Positions 1 through 9,583 are shown, counted from the first letter of the stretch. The stretch is 64,000 nucleotides of DNA from IMGVR_UViG_3300049460_000128:186001-250000, one strand, 5' to 3'. Numbers and translations: made by a program. The notes: generated by a model from the sequence alone, not told the origin.

Positions 1-1058
1 TGATGGCCAATATGGGCATTATGGCGTTGTTTCAAATATTTTGCCATGTTACTGTTTCCAGTTAGTGGACCATGCTTTTCCACCAGAGCCAAATATGCAT
101 CACCGGTACAACCCCATAATTTTTCATTATTTTCCGATTTACGCTCGGCTGCTTCTCGCTTCTTACGATCAGCGGTTTTTTCCGGCATCTTACGATCAGA
201 ATACGTAATGCCATATTTGTTCAATATCTGCCCAACACGGGACCTGGACACTCCGAAAAATTCAGCAATTTGACGATACGTTGATCCGGCTTTATATGCC
301 GAAATCATTTCGGCAGTTCGTGGGTTTTCTGGTACGGATGGGATGATTTTTGGAGCGAGTTTCAAAGCTAATGCTTTGGCTTTGTTGAACACGATTTTTT
401 CTTGACGGACTCGTTCTTTTTTACGTTCGGCCGCTTCTTTTTTACGTTCGGCTCTACGGGCGGCAGCTAGTTGCAGCGCGATTTGCAATGGTGTTGGGTT
501 GGCGGGTTTAGTCGGTTTGACGATAGACTTGATCGGTTTACCAATGCCGTTTTTTCGCAAAATGAGACCAATACTCTGCGGATTCATACCAAACTCAGCC
601 CCTAACTCACCATGAGTTTTTCCCATATTGTAGCCAGCAATGATGCGTTGATCACGTTCAGCATTCTTCAATTTGAGCCCGACTGGCTCTTTGTATTTCT
701 GAACTTTCAGAGGAACTGGTGACTCCTCAGTAACCTTGCTTGGTTCCAGCAAGGGGATAAACGACCTGATCCTGTCCTTTTCCAGTTCAGCATCAACATG
801 TTTTCCATACTGACAAATGGCTTGATGGACCGTTACTTTGATCCCTTCAGTGACGGGGCCTTTATCGACATAGCATCCGCCTTCGTCAGCCTTGATACGA
901 TGCAACCGAAGCAGTTTTAGGAAACCTGCGGAGTCGAAGCCATACTCATCACGTAGTTGGGGAAAGTTTTCACCTGCTAGAAACCGTTCAAGTACCGTAC
1001 GAATCTGATTTTTATCCAACGCGAAAATTGGGATGATTCGTGATTGTTTGTTAGCCAT
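1..1058 (-). CDS. Multi-HTH DNA-binding protein, 3' end outside window (possibly endonuclease-associated)
   Basis: Not in the ORF track. Translated by hand from ATG at 1058 (MANKQSRIIPIFALDK...), open to the window edge. Three HTH-like segments, e.g. RDQRIIAGYNMGKTHGELGAEFGMNPQSIGLILRKNGI and RTAEMISAYKAGSTYRQIAEFFGVSRSRVGQILNKYGI. Confidence 0.75.
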   Translation of the reverse strand, partial: MANKQSRIIPIFALDKNQIRTVLERFLAGENFPQLRDEYGFDSAGFLKLLRLHRIKADEGGCYVDKGPVTEGIKVTVHQAICQYGKHVDAELEKDRIRSFIPLLEPSKVTEESPVPLKVQKYKEPVGLKLKNAERDQRIIAGYNMGKTHGELGAEFGMNPQSIGLILRKNGIGKPIKSIVKPTKPANPTPLQIALQLAAARRAERKKEAAERKKERVRQEKIVFNKAKALALKLAPKIIPSVPENPRTAEMISAYKAGSTYRQIAEFFGVSRSRVGQILNKYGITYSDRKMPEKTADRKKREAAERKSENNEKLWGCTGDAYLALVEKHGPLTGNSNMAKYLKQRHNAHIGH

Positions 1059-1094
1059 TCCAGGGATACTTTCGTTAGCTCTCTTGATGTTGGT

Positions 1095-1123
1095 ATTATA
1101 GTGAAATATTCACCACCACGCAA
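1095..1123 (-). promoter_or_regulatory. sigma70-like promoter TTGCGT-N17-TATAAT
   Basis: -35/-10 hexamers with a 17-nt spacer, upstream of the ATG at 1058. Confidence 0.65.
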
Positions 1124-1150
1124 GTGAACCATCTAGATATCTCTGAATGT

Positions 1151-1387
1151 TTATGACAAACTGGCGCGCAGATTTGCTAAGGAGTGTTCAACTGCCTGAA
1201 TTTGATTCAGGACTGTGTTCTTTTGCTCAGTCAACATGCCGGCTGGGCCGCGCTGGGCGATCATTTCCAGTTCATCGGCAATAGAGAAGTACATGCGCTC
1301 GCGGAACGATGCAGCCAAGCGCATCAAGTCCTGATACACTTCATCAGCAAACTCGTTGTCTGCTGGTTGAATGAATTGCTGGGTCAT
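1151..1387 (-). CDS. Hypothetical protein
   Basis: 78 aa ORF; ATGA overlap with the upstream ORF. Confidence 0.6.
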   Translation of the reverse strand: MTQQFIQPADNEFADEVYQDLMRLAASFRERMYFSIADELEMIAQRGPAGMLTEQKNTVLNQIQAVEHSLANLRASLS

Positions 1388-1776
1388 ACATTCCCTTTAA
1401 AACGCACTTCAACACGCAGATGGCCTTCATTGGTGCCCTTGATGCACAGTTCAGCCGAACGATCGGCAACCGTCACATACGCGACGATCAGCTTGTTGCG
1501 ATTGCATGCATCGGGTGTACCACTGCCGATCAGACCTTTCTTCTTGGCTGACCGCACGAAGCTGGTTGGGCTGATCAAACGCTTGGGGTGCATGACCATA
1601 CATTCGACCACTACACCAAGACCATTGCCCACGTCATATTGACGAGAACTCAGCACCATCGAACCGGTTACCAGCTCGTGAATGTGACTATGTGCAGCTA
1701 GGATGTAATCGACTGTCATTTTGTTTCTCTCGTTATATCGTAGCAACATGATACAACCAAATGAACTAAAGGTCAA
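1384..1776 (-). CDS. Hypothetical protein (likely true start ATG at 1719)
   Basis: ORF collinear with its neighbours; no recognisable motif. Confidence 0.55.
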   Translation of the reverse strand: MTFSSFGCIMLLRYNERNKMTVDYILAAHSHIHELVTGSMVLSSRQYDVGNGLGVVVECMVMHPKRLISPTSFVRSAKKKGLIGSGTPDACNRNKLIVAYVTVADRSAELCIKGTNEGHLRVEVRFKGNV

Positions 1777-1793
1777 GTATAATGCACAGTCGT

Positions 1794-1818
1794 AAAAATG
1801 CCCGGACTAGCCGGGCAT
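1794..1818 (-). terminator. Rho-independent terminator
   Basis: ATGCCCGG-CTAGT-CCGGGCAT followed by a T-run on the minus strand, just after the VWA gene. Confidence 0.75.
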
Positions 1819-1822
1819 TCAT

Positions 1823-3061
1823 TTAACTACCAGTACCTTCAGCGTTCTTGTCGTAGTACGCTGTGATGCCGAACGGAGCAACGATTTGGTCATTGCCGTG
1901 GATGACGAACAACGTGTCGCAGTAGTTGTCATCGCCCCAGCTACCACCTGGATAACCGTCGGTGAACATAACTAAGCGTTGAGGCTCGATGCCCTCGCGT
2001 TTCATCATTTCCCAGTTGACTTCAAAGTCAGTACCGCCACCACCCTTCGGATCATATTCCATGATCTCGTGGAGGTTTTCGGCCGTGAACACTTTGACGC
2101 CATACACCGCAGTGTCGAACGTCCACAGCGTCAGTTTGAAGTCACGGAAGATTTCCATGATGCCCTTAACTTCGCTCAGGAAGTCTTTCAGCATCTCGTC
2201 CGTCATCGAACCCGACGTGTCGATGGTCACAGCAATGTCGATGGAATCCATGACATTTTGGCCCGGGAAGATTGCGCTGTTGCCGCTACCCAGACTTGAC
2301 AAGCTGCGACGGCTGATTTTCTGGAACGTGAAGTCATCCTTGACGGTCGACTTGATGTGCGATTCCAGCAGAGTGCGCCAGTCCATTTTCGGCTGGGTGA
2401 ACGCTTCGATGAGGCGTTTAACGCCTGCCGGGACATTGCCAGCACCGACCGATTGAGCTGCTTGCATTGTTGCAGCGCGCACTTCGTTGCGGATTTGGTT
2501 GATGTCGTCTTCGGTCAGTTTTGGTGGGCCGTCTCTGCCCATAACGCGCACTTCAACACCGCCATCGCCATCTCCGTCATCGTCACCGGGCTGAGCCATT
2601 TCCAGGTGCTCGTCCAGGGTGATCTTGATCGTGGTCGAGTTTTTACCCAGAGTATCATACACCTCTTCCGAGGTCATGTGGTCTGTGTAGCGCTCGTCGA
2701 ACAGACCGCCCGGTGGCATGTCGCCCAGCTTTTCTTTCACCAACGTGTAGTTGACGATGTAGTCGTTGGCCATGTTCCACAGCTTCGGCTCGCGAGTACC
2801 ACGACGTCCCATGTGATCGTACACGCAATGCAGCACTTCGTGACCGAACAGGAACAGCAGCTGATTAGGCGTCAGACCTTTGATGAAATCTCGGTTGTAG
2901 TAGAAATGACGGCCGTCGGTCGCTGCGGTTTTGCACCAGCTAGACGCATCAATGATGATCAGACGCGCTGCGAGGGCACCGAAAAACGGCTTCTCCAGCA
3001 ACATCTTCACACGCGCTGAAACGATCGCGTAGACGATTGGGTCATTGAGATTGAGACTCAT
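1823..3061 (-). CDS. Metallopeptidase-like (HExxH) plus C-terminal VWA domain protein, MoxR partner
   Basis: AATDGRHFYYN and HEVLHC in the N-terminal half; MIDAS-like DTSGSM, GGGT and FTDG in the C-terminal half; adjacent to a MoxR ATPase. Confidence 0.88.
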   Translation of the reverse strand: MSLNLNDPIVYAIVSARVKMLLEKPFFGALAARLIIIDASSWCKTAATDGRHFYYNRDFIKGLTPNQLLFLFGHEVLHCVYDHMGRRGTREPKLWNMANDYIVNYTLVKEKLGDMPPGGLFDERYTDHMTSEEVYDTLGKNSTTIKITLDEHLEMAQPGDDDGDGDGGVEVRVMGRDGPPKLTEDDINQIRNEVRAATMQAAQSVGAGNVPAGVKRLIEAFTQPKMDWRTLLESHIKSTVKDDFTFQKISRRSLSSLGSGNSAIFPGQNVMDSIDIAVTIDTSGSMTDEMLKDFLSEVKGIMEIFRDFKLTLWTFDTAVYGVKVFTAENLHEIMEYDPKGGGGTDFEVNWEMMKREGIEPQRLVMFTDGYPGGSWGDDNYCDTLFVIHGNDQIVAPFGITAYYDKNAEGTGS

Positions 3062-3172
3062 ACAATGAATATCCTTATGAAATTCTTATTCTGCTAGTAT
3101 AGCGACATCGTGCCACATGCGCAATATCCCTACACTAGCAGGTCATCAACAACGGCCCGAAGGCCGCGCCAC

Positions 3173-4534
3173 TTAGTTGTTGATGATGATCTTCTTGTAC
3201 TGCTCAACGAACACGCCGAAGTTAGGCATCACTTTCGGGTTCAGCGGCAGTTTGAAGGTCGACAGCGCGGTCTTGCTGCCCATCACGATTACTTCAGGCA
3301 TGAAGTTCTTCATCATGAAGCCGATGAAGTTGTCGGCGCGTTGCAGCCACAGCGCTTTGTCTTCCTTCTTGTTGCCGTTGCGCTCGACGTTCACCAGCGA
3401 TTCACGCAGGGCGTAGCAGAGCGAGGTCGACAGTGCGTAGTGCAGCGACACGTCGCGAGTGGCCAGTTGCGGCGCTTTGCCGTTCAGGATGTCGTCGGTG
3501 CTTGGCAGCTGACTTGCTTCTTTGCGGAAAGCGTGGAATTTCATTGCCACACCTTCACCGACGGCGCCGGCGATCATGGCCAGCATGATCTGGTCATTGA
3601 TGCCGTCCGGGGCCACGTCAGCAGTGATCTTGCTGGTGAATTCCCACGAACGCGGCGTTGCGAAGCCACGCGATGCCGAAGCTGCGTCGAAGTTGTGCAG
3701 GTCGTCCTTGAACGCGCTGAGGTAACCAACTACTGCCGAATCGATGCCGGCCAGCAGTGCCCATTTTTGCCAGTCGTCGAAGTCGCTGCGCATTTCAATG
3801 TGAACGAAGCGGTTGGCGATCGGGGTTGGCATACGGAACGTGATGCCCTTGTCGTTTTCACGGTTACCAGCGGCCATAACCATCACGCCATCTGGGACAA
3901 CGTATTCACCCAGGCGACGATCCAGGATCAGCTGGTAAGCACCAGCTTGCACGGACGGCGCTGCCGAGTTGAACTCGTCCAGCATCAGGATGCCTTTTGC
4001 TTTGCCGTCGATGGTGAAGTGCAGCTTGCCTTCGACTGGCTCGCCGGCGTCGTTCAGCAGTACGGCGGTGAAGTTGTCTTGTGCTTGCGCAACGATTTTT
4101 GCCGTGGCGCCTTTGGTCAGGGACTTGACCGTGATGTCCACTTTTTGCACGTGGTGGATGCCGTTGTCGCCCAGCGGGTTGTTGAAGTAGATCACTTCTT
4201 CAACGTTTTCCAGGTTGCGGGTAGATTTGATGCGGATGTCGCGTGGCAGTGCAGTTGGCGCCGACCATTTCAAGCTAGGCACGCCGTTTTCGTTCGATGG
4301 GATTGGAACACCGCGCAGGTCAGTTGGTTCCATCTGGGACAGACGAATGTCGATGAGCGCTTCGCCGTCTTCAGTTGCTACTTGGTTAGTGATCGCGGAC
4401 TTCGCTACACCAGGTGGGCCCCAGATGAACAGGGATACTTTGCGCGGACGCATGTGACGAATCACGATTTGCGTTTCGCTAGGTTTCAGGGTGAGGGTAT
4501 CGATCTTCGATACGGATTTTGCTTTTGTTGACAT
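3173..4534 (-). CDS. MoxR-like AAA+ ATPase
   Basis: Walker A GPPGVAKS, Walker B ILMLDE, AAGNR, ANRF and TPRSW motifs. Confidence 0.9.
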   Translation of the reverse strand: MSTKAKSVSKIDTLTLKPSETQIVIRHMRPRKVSLFIWGPPGVAKSAITNQVATEDGEALIDIRLSQMEPTDLRGVPIPSNENGVPSLKWSAPTALPRDIRIKSTRNLENVEEVIYFNNPLGDNGIHHVQKVDITVKSLTKGATAKIVAQAQDNFTAVLLNDAGEPVEGKLHFTIDGKAKGILMLDEFNSAAPSVQAGAYQLILDRRLGEYVVPDGVMVMAAGNRENDKGITFRMPTPIANRFVHIEMRSDFDDWQKWALLAGIDSAVVGYLSAFKDDLHNFDAASASRGFATPRSWEFTSKITADVAPDGINDQIMLAMIAGAVGEGVAMKFHAFRKEASQLPSTDDILNGKAPQLATRDVSLHYALSTSLCYALRESLVNVERNGNKKEDKALWLQRADNFIGFMMKNFMPEVIVMGSKTALSTFKLPLNPKVMPNFGVFVEQYKKIIINN

Positions 4535-4585
4535 TCGTCTGTCCCTAGATAAAAAATGTTACTGCGGTGTGTTACAACAGTATCT

Positions 4586-4614
4586 ATAGTATATCTAGTG
4601 GCAACTAACGTCAA
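4586..4614 (-). promoter_or_regulatory. sigma70-like promoter TTGACG-N17-TACTAT
   Basis: Hexamers and 17-nt spacer upstream of the MoxR gene. Confidence 0.7.
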
Positions 4615-4674
4615 GCACTTTTCATAATAATCAACTTTTTTCTGATATATTCATTTAGTGTTGCAACGCCACAC

Positions 4675-5103
4675 TCAGTCGTCCTTGATAATTTGCTTGC
4701 TATCGCTAACAAGACGAAAACGGGCTTCTATCAGATTGTCCAGCGAACCATCTGTCATTTTTAGCATTGCACCAAGTTCTGTGTCAAACAACGTCAAATC
4801 TTTATCGGATAACCAATATGGCATTTTTGAAACACGGTCCAAATATAGCAAATGAGGCAACTTTATAGCATATCCGGCCGGCATCTGGACGTGATAACTT
4901 TTAAAGAACGATTTGAGCAGATTCAGCCCAACCTCGCTTAAACGCAGGCCTCTAGCGGCATTTTCATTACCCCGGTACGAGTGGAAAATTAAGTAACATA
5001 CCTCCTGGGTCGTCAAGCCATCTACAAACGAACGCAGTGGATGCTCTTGTTCAGTTGCATGACGAATTAATTCATCTGCGATCATAGATTGTATTGTTGC
5101 CAT
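4675..5103 (-). CDS. Hypothetical protein
   Basis: 142 aa ORF preceded by TATAAATA. Confidence 0.7.
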   Translation of the reverse strand: MATIQSMIADELIRHATEQEHPLRSFVDGLTTQEVCYLIFHSYRGNENAARGLRLSEVGLNLLKSFFKSYHVQMPAGYAIKLPHLLYLDRVSKMPYWLSDKDLTLFDTELGAMLKMTDGSLDNLIEARFRLVSDSKQIIKDD

Positions 5104-5160
5104 ATTATCTCACAAAATGAATATTAAAAGGTGATGACTACCAGTTTGAATGAACCATAA

Positions 5161-5168
5161 TATTTATA
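5161..5168 (-). promoter_or_regulatory. T4-like late promoter TATAAATA
   Basis: Exact T4 late consensus. TAAATA cores also occur in intergenic gaps at 5660, 6183, 26362, 41343, 43577, 46090, 48218, 52375, 54990 and 56300 (minus) and at 37899 and 43594 (plus). Confidence 0.65.
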
Positions 5169-5308
5169 GGTTCATTCATCTACTGGTTAGATGAAAAGTA
5201 CGTCGTGCATGAACCTTTGGTGTAAGGTTCATTGGTGGGGAAATTAAAACAGGATGAGACAGGATTCATTGCAAATCCCATAAACTTGACTATCAATCAA
5301 GTTTTAGA

Positions 5309-5626
5309 TTATTCTTCGTCGGAATCAGCTTCTTCGTCAAATTCAAACACTTTGACACCGGTTGTCAGTTTGTACACGCCAAACTTGTCGGTCTTAAACA
5401 GCTTATTCAACTTCTCGGCCAGATTGTAAGCATGGCCGCTGTTACTGAAGCTACTCTTCTTGTACTTAGGGCCCGGATAGTTGACTAAACTATTCAACGA
5501 GCGCAAATTGATTGGTTTCTCTTCATAGAAGACAGCATAAATGGCATCCGCTGCCAAAATTTGCTCGCTCTTGTATGTCTTGCTGTCAGTATGAGACAAC
5601 AGAATCTCTGGTTTTGGTCGACTCAT
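5309..5626 (-). CDS. Hypothetical phage protein
   Basis: 105 aa ORF with acidic tail; TAAATA upstream. Confidence 0.75.
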   Translation of the reverse strand: MSRPKPEILLSHTDSKTYKSEQILAADAIYAVFYEEKPINLRSLNSLVNYPGPKYKKSSFSNSGHAYNLAEKLNKLFKTDKFGVYKLTTGVKVFEFDEEADSDEE

Positions 5627-5703
5627 GGTGATACACCCCTGTGATTACTCTGGAACAAGTATTTATGCGAATAAGCGGATTCATTAACAGATGTGTTTCG
5701 CAC

Positions 5704-5727
5704 AAAAAAGGCCCCAAGAAGGGGCCC
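5704..5727 (-). terminator. Rho-independent terminator
   Basis: GGCCCC-TTCTT-GGGGCC-TTTTTT. Confidence 0.8.
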
Positions 5728-5758
5728 TTGCTACAAGGGTATTTATCGAAAAGCGATG

Positions 5759-5893
5759 TCACGTGAACGCAAGTATCAACAGCGTAACCAGGTTGGCCAA
5801 CGTGTACCCAATGATGAACCAGATAATCGCATTGACTACACGTTGACGTTCGTTGCCATCACTTGCGAGCTTTTCCAAGTAGTTGAAGAACAT
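5759..5893 (-). CDS. Small membrane protein (44 aa)
   Basis: Not in the ORF track. MFFNYLEKLASDGNERQRVVNAIIWFIIGYTLANLVTLLILAFT; TAATG overlap with the glutaredoxin stop; hydrophobic C-terminal half. Confidence 0.6.
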   Translation of the reverse strand: MFFNYLEKLASDGNERQRVVNAIIWFIIGYTLANLVTLLILAFT

Positions 5894-6153
5894 TAAAATT
5901 CTTCGTCGAAGTTGCCGGCCGCTTTTCGTGCCAGGATGTCTGACTTCATCAGCTCCTGGAAGCCACCAATGCGCTCACCATCTAGGAAGATTTGTGGCAC
6001 TGAACGAACACCTGGATAGTTGGCATAGAACGCGGTGCGTTCATCGTCATCATCCAGATTCTTTTCCTCGAATGCAATGTCATTGCTTTTCAGGAAATTC
6101 TTGGCCGACGTGCAATACGGGCAAATGGTCTTACTATAGATTATTACTTCCAT
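5893..6153 (-). CDS. Glutaredoxin
   Basis: CPYC active site, SVPQIF, IGGF. Confidence 0.92.
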   Translation of the reverse strand: MEVIIYSKTICPYCTSAKNFLKSNDIAFEEKNLDDDDERTAFYANYPGVRSVPQIFLDGERIGGFQELMKSDILARKAAGNFDEEF

Positions 6154-6185
6154 GATGATCTCCTTGTTTATCTATGGGAGGATAT

Positions 6186-6527
6186 TTAGTTCCTCTTGGG
6201 AAACCGAGCACTCTTGTCTCGTCCCGTAAATTTCGGCTCTGGGGCATCCAACTCCTGAGCCTCTTCCAATGCTTTCATTATGCCATGAACTTGCGTCTCA
6301 GACAGACCACCCTGACGCATGCGTTCAATAGCTCTTGCATTTGACCCCGTTATCTCTGGGTTCTTCAGGAACGATAGGTCCATTTTCGCCAATGCGTCAG
6401 AGGGTGACGGCTGCTGTGGTTTCACATAGCCGGTCTTTCGGCCCAGATAGATGCCCAGCCAAATACAAAACAGCAAGCCAACCAGTATGCCTACGCTCCA
6501 CAGCGCTTCAGTGTATTGTCCCATCAT
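6186..6527 (-). CDS. Hypothetical membrane-anchored protein
   Basis: N-terminal hydrophobic segment ALWSVGILVGLLFCIWLGIYLG. Confidence 0.65.
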   Translation of the reverse strand: MMGQYTEALWSVGILVGLLFCIWLGIYLGRKTGYVKPQQPSPSDALAKMDLSFLKNPEITGSNARAIERMRQGGLSETQVHGIMKALEEAQELDAPEPKFTGRDKSARFPKRN

Positions 6528-6543
6528 TTATCCTTAATGGTGG

Positions 6544-7014
6544 TCATAGCGACCGGTTCTGTGCTGCCAATTCTGTCATCATTTCAAGACGTGACTTGAA
6601 TGGTCCCATACTCTGATATTGCTCAACTGTCTTCAACAACGGGCAAAACCCTGGTACCCAACGCTTACTGAATTTGATACACCAGTAACCAGCAGCATGT
6701 TGCGTCTTGCCCCGCAGATACACTGGGCGATCACCAGCATGCTCGATAGTGATGTTCTGATGCTTCACTGGGAAACCGTTGATGTCTGATTCAACTTGAT
6801 TATCCAGGCCGTCTCCAGCTTCAACGATTTGTTCCTTTATCTTACCGCCTAGGAACTTCTCAATAGCCTTCATATCAGGAAACTTTTGTTCAACTTCTTT
6901 GGTGAGAAACAGATATGAATCTTCACTCTTGTTGATGAAAGCAACCGGAGTGCCGTTGGTATGGGCGATCCAGCTGTTTTCGGTAATCTTACGAAGCGTG
7001 TAATTTGCTGCCAT
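6544..7014 (-). CDS. Hypothetical phage protein
   Basis: 156 aa ORF in an operon context. Confidence 0.7.
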   Translation of the reverse strand: MAANYTLRKITENSWIAHTNGTPVAFINKSEDSYLFLTKEVEQKFPDMKAIEKFLGGKIKEQIVEAGDGLDNQVESDINGFPVKHQNITIEHAGDRPVYLRGKTQHAAGYWCIKFSKRWVPGFCPLLKTVEQYQSMGPFKSRLEMMTELAAQNRSL

Positions 7015-7537
7015 CTTTCAATTCCTTGACTGTTGTTTTGACTAACTGTGGTTGTACCAATTGAGTATTGAAAAAACGGCGATCGTGACGAGGCACGAAA
7101 TACACCAGATGATCTTTGACGAATGCTGGAACTTCATCCGGCTCTTCCACACCGTCTGGTAGTTCCACTTCAGCCATCACGATATAGATCTGTTGATTTG
7201 ATTCTTCATACAGGAAGTCGACTTCCCAAGTGAGATCATTGTGTGGTACCGCGATACGCACTTTGTTGATAACGCGATCAACTTTTACCCATAATGCGTT
7301 GAAATCCTCAGTAGTGATTTCAGTTTCAATTTCAATCAACTTTCCGTTGACTGGCTGCTTGAAGGTAAAGTAGTTAGCCACGAGTTCATCATCCTTCATC
7401 GTTTGACGGATGCGCGTCTGATCATTTAGATAACCTTGGCGGATGTGATACGTGGTATGTGGTCCGGTGACTCGAGACATAAATTCACTCTGTGAAATCG
7501 TCTCCAATACGTATTTGCGTTCGTTCTCAATGGCCAT
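6989..7537 (-). CDS. CYTH-domain protein (adenylate cyclase/triphosphatase-like)
   Basis: N-terminal ExExK (IENERKY), IRQGYL, RIR, KxR, WEVD, AEVE. Confidence 0.88.
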   Translation of the reverse strand: MAIENERKYVLETISQSEFMSRVTGPHTTYHIRQGYLNDQTRIRQTMKDDELVANYFTFKQPVNGKLIEIETEITTEDFNALWVKVDRVINKVRIAVPHNDLTWEVDFLYEESNQQIYIVMAEVELPDGVEEPDEVPAFVKDHLVYFVPRHDRRFFNTQLVQPQLVKTTVKELKDGSKLHAS

Positions 7538-7568
7538 AGTTAGTCCTCTATATTGCTGTCAGTATATA

Positions 7569-7600
7569 TAAAAAGACCATAATTCGCATTATGGTCTCTT
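7569..7600 (-). terminator. Rho-independent terminator
   Basis: AGACCATAAT/ATTATGGTCT hairpin followed by a T-run, after the RNase H-like gene. Confidence 0.6.
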
Positions 7601-7603
7601 CAA

Positions 7604-8629
7604 TTATTTGGCGTACGGTGCATTCAGGTATGCGGTATGATCGGTGGCCTCTTTGCTGATGTTCACCAGACCATTCTTATCACAGAAGCGAAGCATGTGA
7701 ATGCCCACGTTACCCACTCGTGCTTTCTGAACTCGCTCAACAATCACATCATCCATCAAGGCCTTAATGTCATCTGGCTGACGAGTTAAGTCGATCAGAC
7801 TTTCGTTGAACTTGTACTTGTCCTGCACCTTTACCTCGATGGGCTCGTCGTTCTCGTCATAATCAGTCCAAGTCTGAAGCATCAGATTGTTCCAGTCAAA
7901 ACCACGATCAAAGCGATCATCCCAAGCCGCTTTCATCTTGTTCTCACGAACCTTTGGATAAGCGGAGAAGATATTATCACCAGCATCGCCACGAATGCAC
8001 TTCATGAACAAGGCGCGTCTCCACCATTCTGATTCTGGAATGAAGGTAGCAGGTGGGACCACTTTCTTACCAATCTTCAGCTTACCAGCACTCGTAACTG
8101 AGAACTCCACTACATCACCATCCTTGTCGCTCACTTGGTCTTTGCTGATAAGCAACTCACGCACGCCGTCGTAAATCTTCACATTATCAGCCAGCAATTG
8201 AATGAAGTCTGTGTCGCCACTTACAATCAAGTGTTCATCGCTTGGGTGCATCTGGATCCAGCGAGCAATGAAGTCATCACCCTCTACTCGATCCTTTTGC
8301 AAGACCGTTGCATTGGTCTTGGTCACCAGAAAGTCGGTCAACTCAGTGAATGTTTCGCTAAAGATCTGATTCTCTTCGCGCTCGCGTGCGGTAATGGTCA
8401 GGTCAGCTACTCGTCGATGTGCTTTATATAGCGGGTGCGAGTCAAAGCGCCAGCTCTTGCCTTCGAGACAGAAGACCACATGCTCGCCGCCATATTCACG
8501 CCACATTTTACGAATGGAGCGGAAGATTGCATGCAGGGCCAAGCCCGCTTTACTGTACGGGTCACCTGATACTGCATGACGCGCACGGTAAAACAAATTG
8601 GCGGTGTCTATAATGATGTATTTTGTCAT
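7604..8629 (-). CDS. rnh: T4 RNase H-like 5'-3' exonuclease (FEN/PIN family)
   Basis: IIIDTAN, EGDDFIA, SGDTDFIQL, GDAGDNI acidic motifs. Confidence 0.85.
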   Translation of the reverse strand: MTKYIIIDTANLFYRARHAVSGDPYSKAGLALHAIFRSIRKMWREYGGEHVVFCLEGKSWRFDSHPLYKAHRRVADLTITAREREENQIFSETFTELTDFLVTKTNATVLQKDRVEGDDFIARWIQMHPSDEHLIVSGDTDFIQLLADNVKIYDGVRELLISKDQVSDKDGDVVEFSVTSAGKLKIGKKVVPPATFIPESEWWRRALFMKCIRGDAGDNIFSAYPKVRENKMKAAWDDRFDRGFDWNNLMLQTWTDYDENDEPIEVKVQDKYKFNESLIDLTRQPDDIKALMDDVIVERVQKARVGNVGIHMLRFCDKNGLVNISKEATDHTAYLNAPYAK

Positions 8630-8668
8630 TGATTTTTATTGTTATTTTGGAGTTGTTCGTTGCGTCAA

Positions 8669-9583
8669 TCAACTATACGAGGTTGGGCCGTTTGGGTCAC
8701 TTTCTTTTTTGATCACGCGCTTGCTGTTGAATGGCATCACGTCGCCCATATACATCTGATCTTGTGATTGAACTACGCCACGGCAAATGTCGGTGAACCA
8801 ACGCTCGACAATCTGATCTTCAGTAAAGCCCGTATAGCCAGCTTCACGCAGCTCGTCAATCCATTTATCATTCCAGTCAAACTCGAAATATAGACCATCG
8901 AGTTTGTCTTCTGGATTATACTCAGAGTTCAACACACAGATATATGGTTCACCCTTTATCGTCGCACACTGTTTCTCGTATGGTTGTTGTTCAATCAAAC
9001 CCAAGCTCAGATCGATATCCAGGATTTCCAGTTCGAGGTCAACACCAGGAGCAACCAGAATTTTGGCAACGCCAACCTTGTACTCGCGTTCTGTAATTTC
9101 ACCATGGACCCATTGAATGCGCAGCAACTCGCAAGCTAGTTCATCGCCTTCGAGGTTCAATTTCGCAAGCGCATTCATGTATGCTTTCTCGGAAATTTCT
9201 TCAAAGGACCAATCGATATGCAGCAGTTCAAACTCCAGGTCTTTGCCCGTAAGTGTGATCTTGGCTTTCTCAATTGCCAGCTTGCGTGAATTGATTTCGC
9301 CCCGTTGATGTTGAATATCCAACAGACGTAATGCTAGGTCATTGCCAGTTAGCGTGGCATGGGCATGCTTGATGTCATATTCATGACTGGTGATTTTATT
9401 GTGCTTCTTGCGATTTTTTAGTTTCGCAACAGTCAATGTCTCGGGAGCTTCGTCCCGATATTTGATTTCGGCCAGCTTGTCGTCAAGCTCAAGGCCGTTA
9501 AGTGTGTACTCAGCTTCTGCCACTTCACGTGTAGTGCCTTTCAACCCCCATGAGCTGGGCAACCAGCCAAATGGTATTTTCAT
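8669..9583 (-). CDS. Hypothetical protein with five ~33-aa helical repeats
   Basis: Internal repeats visible at aa 48-211. Confidence 0.75.
   Translation of the reverse strand: MKIPFGWLPSSWGLKGTTREVAEAEYTLNGLELDDKLAEIKYRDEAPETLTVAKLKNRKKHNKITSHEYDIKHAHATLTGNDLALRLLDIQHQRGEINSRKLAIEKAKITLTGKDLEFELLHIDWSFEEISEKAYMNALAKLNLEGDELACELLRIQWVHGEITEREYKVGVAKILVAPGVDLELEILDIDLSLGLIEQQPYEKQCATIKGEPYICVLNSEYNPEDKLDGLYFEFDWNDKWIDELREAGYTGFTEDQIVERWFTDICRGVVQSQDQMYMGDVMPFNSKRVIKKESDPNGPTSYS

Noticed and set aside
3998-4243. MoxR insertion as an intein
   Set aside because: No N-terminal Cys/Ser or C-terminal His-Asn followed by Cys/Ser/Thr, and too short.
3110-4531. 473-aa plus-strand ORF
   Set aside because: Antisense shadow of the MoxR ATPase; no motifs, and explained by the codon bias of the real gene.
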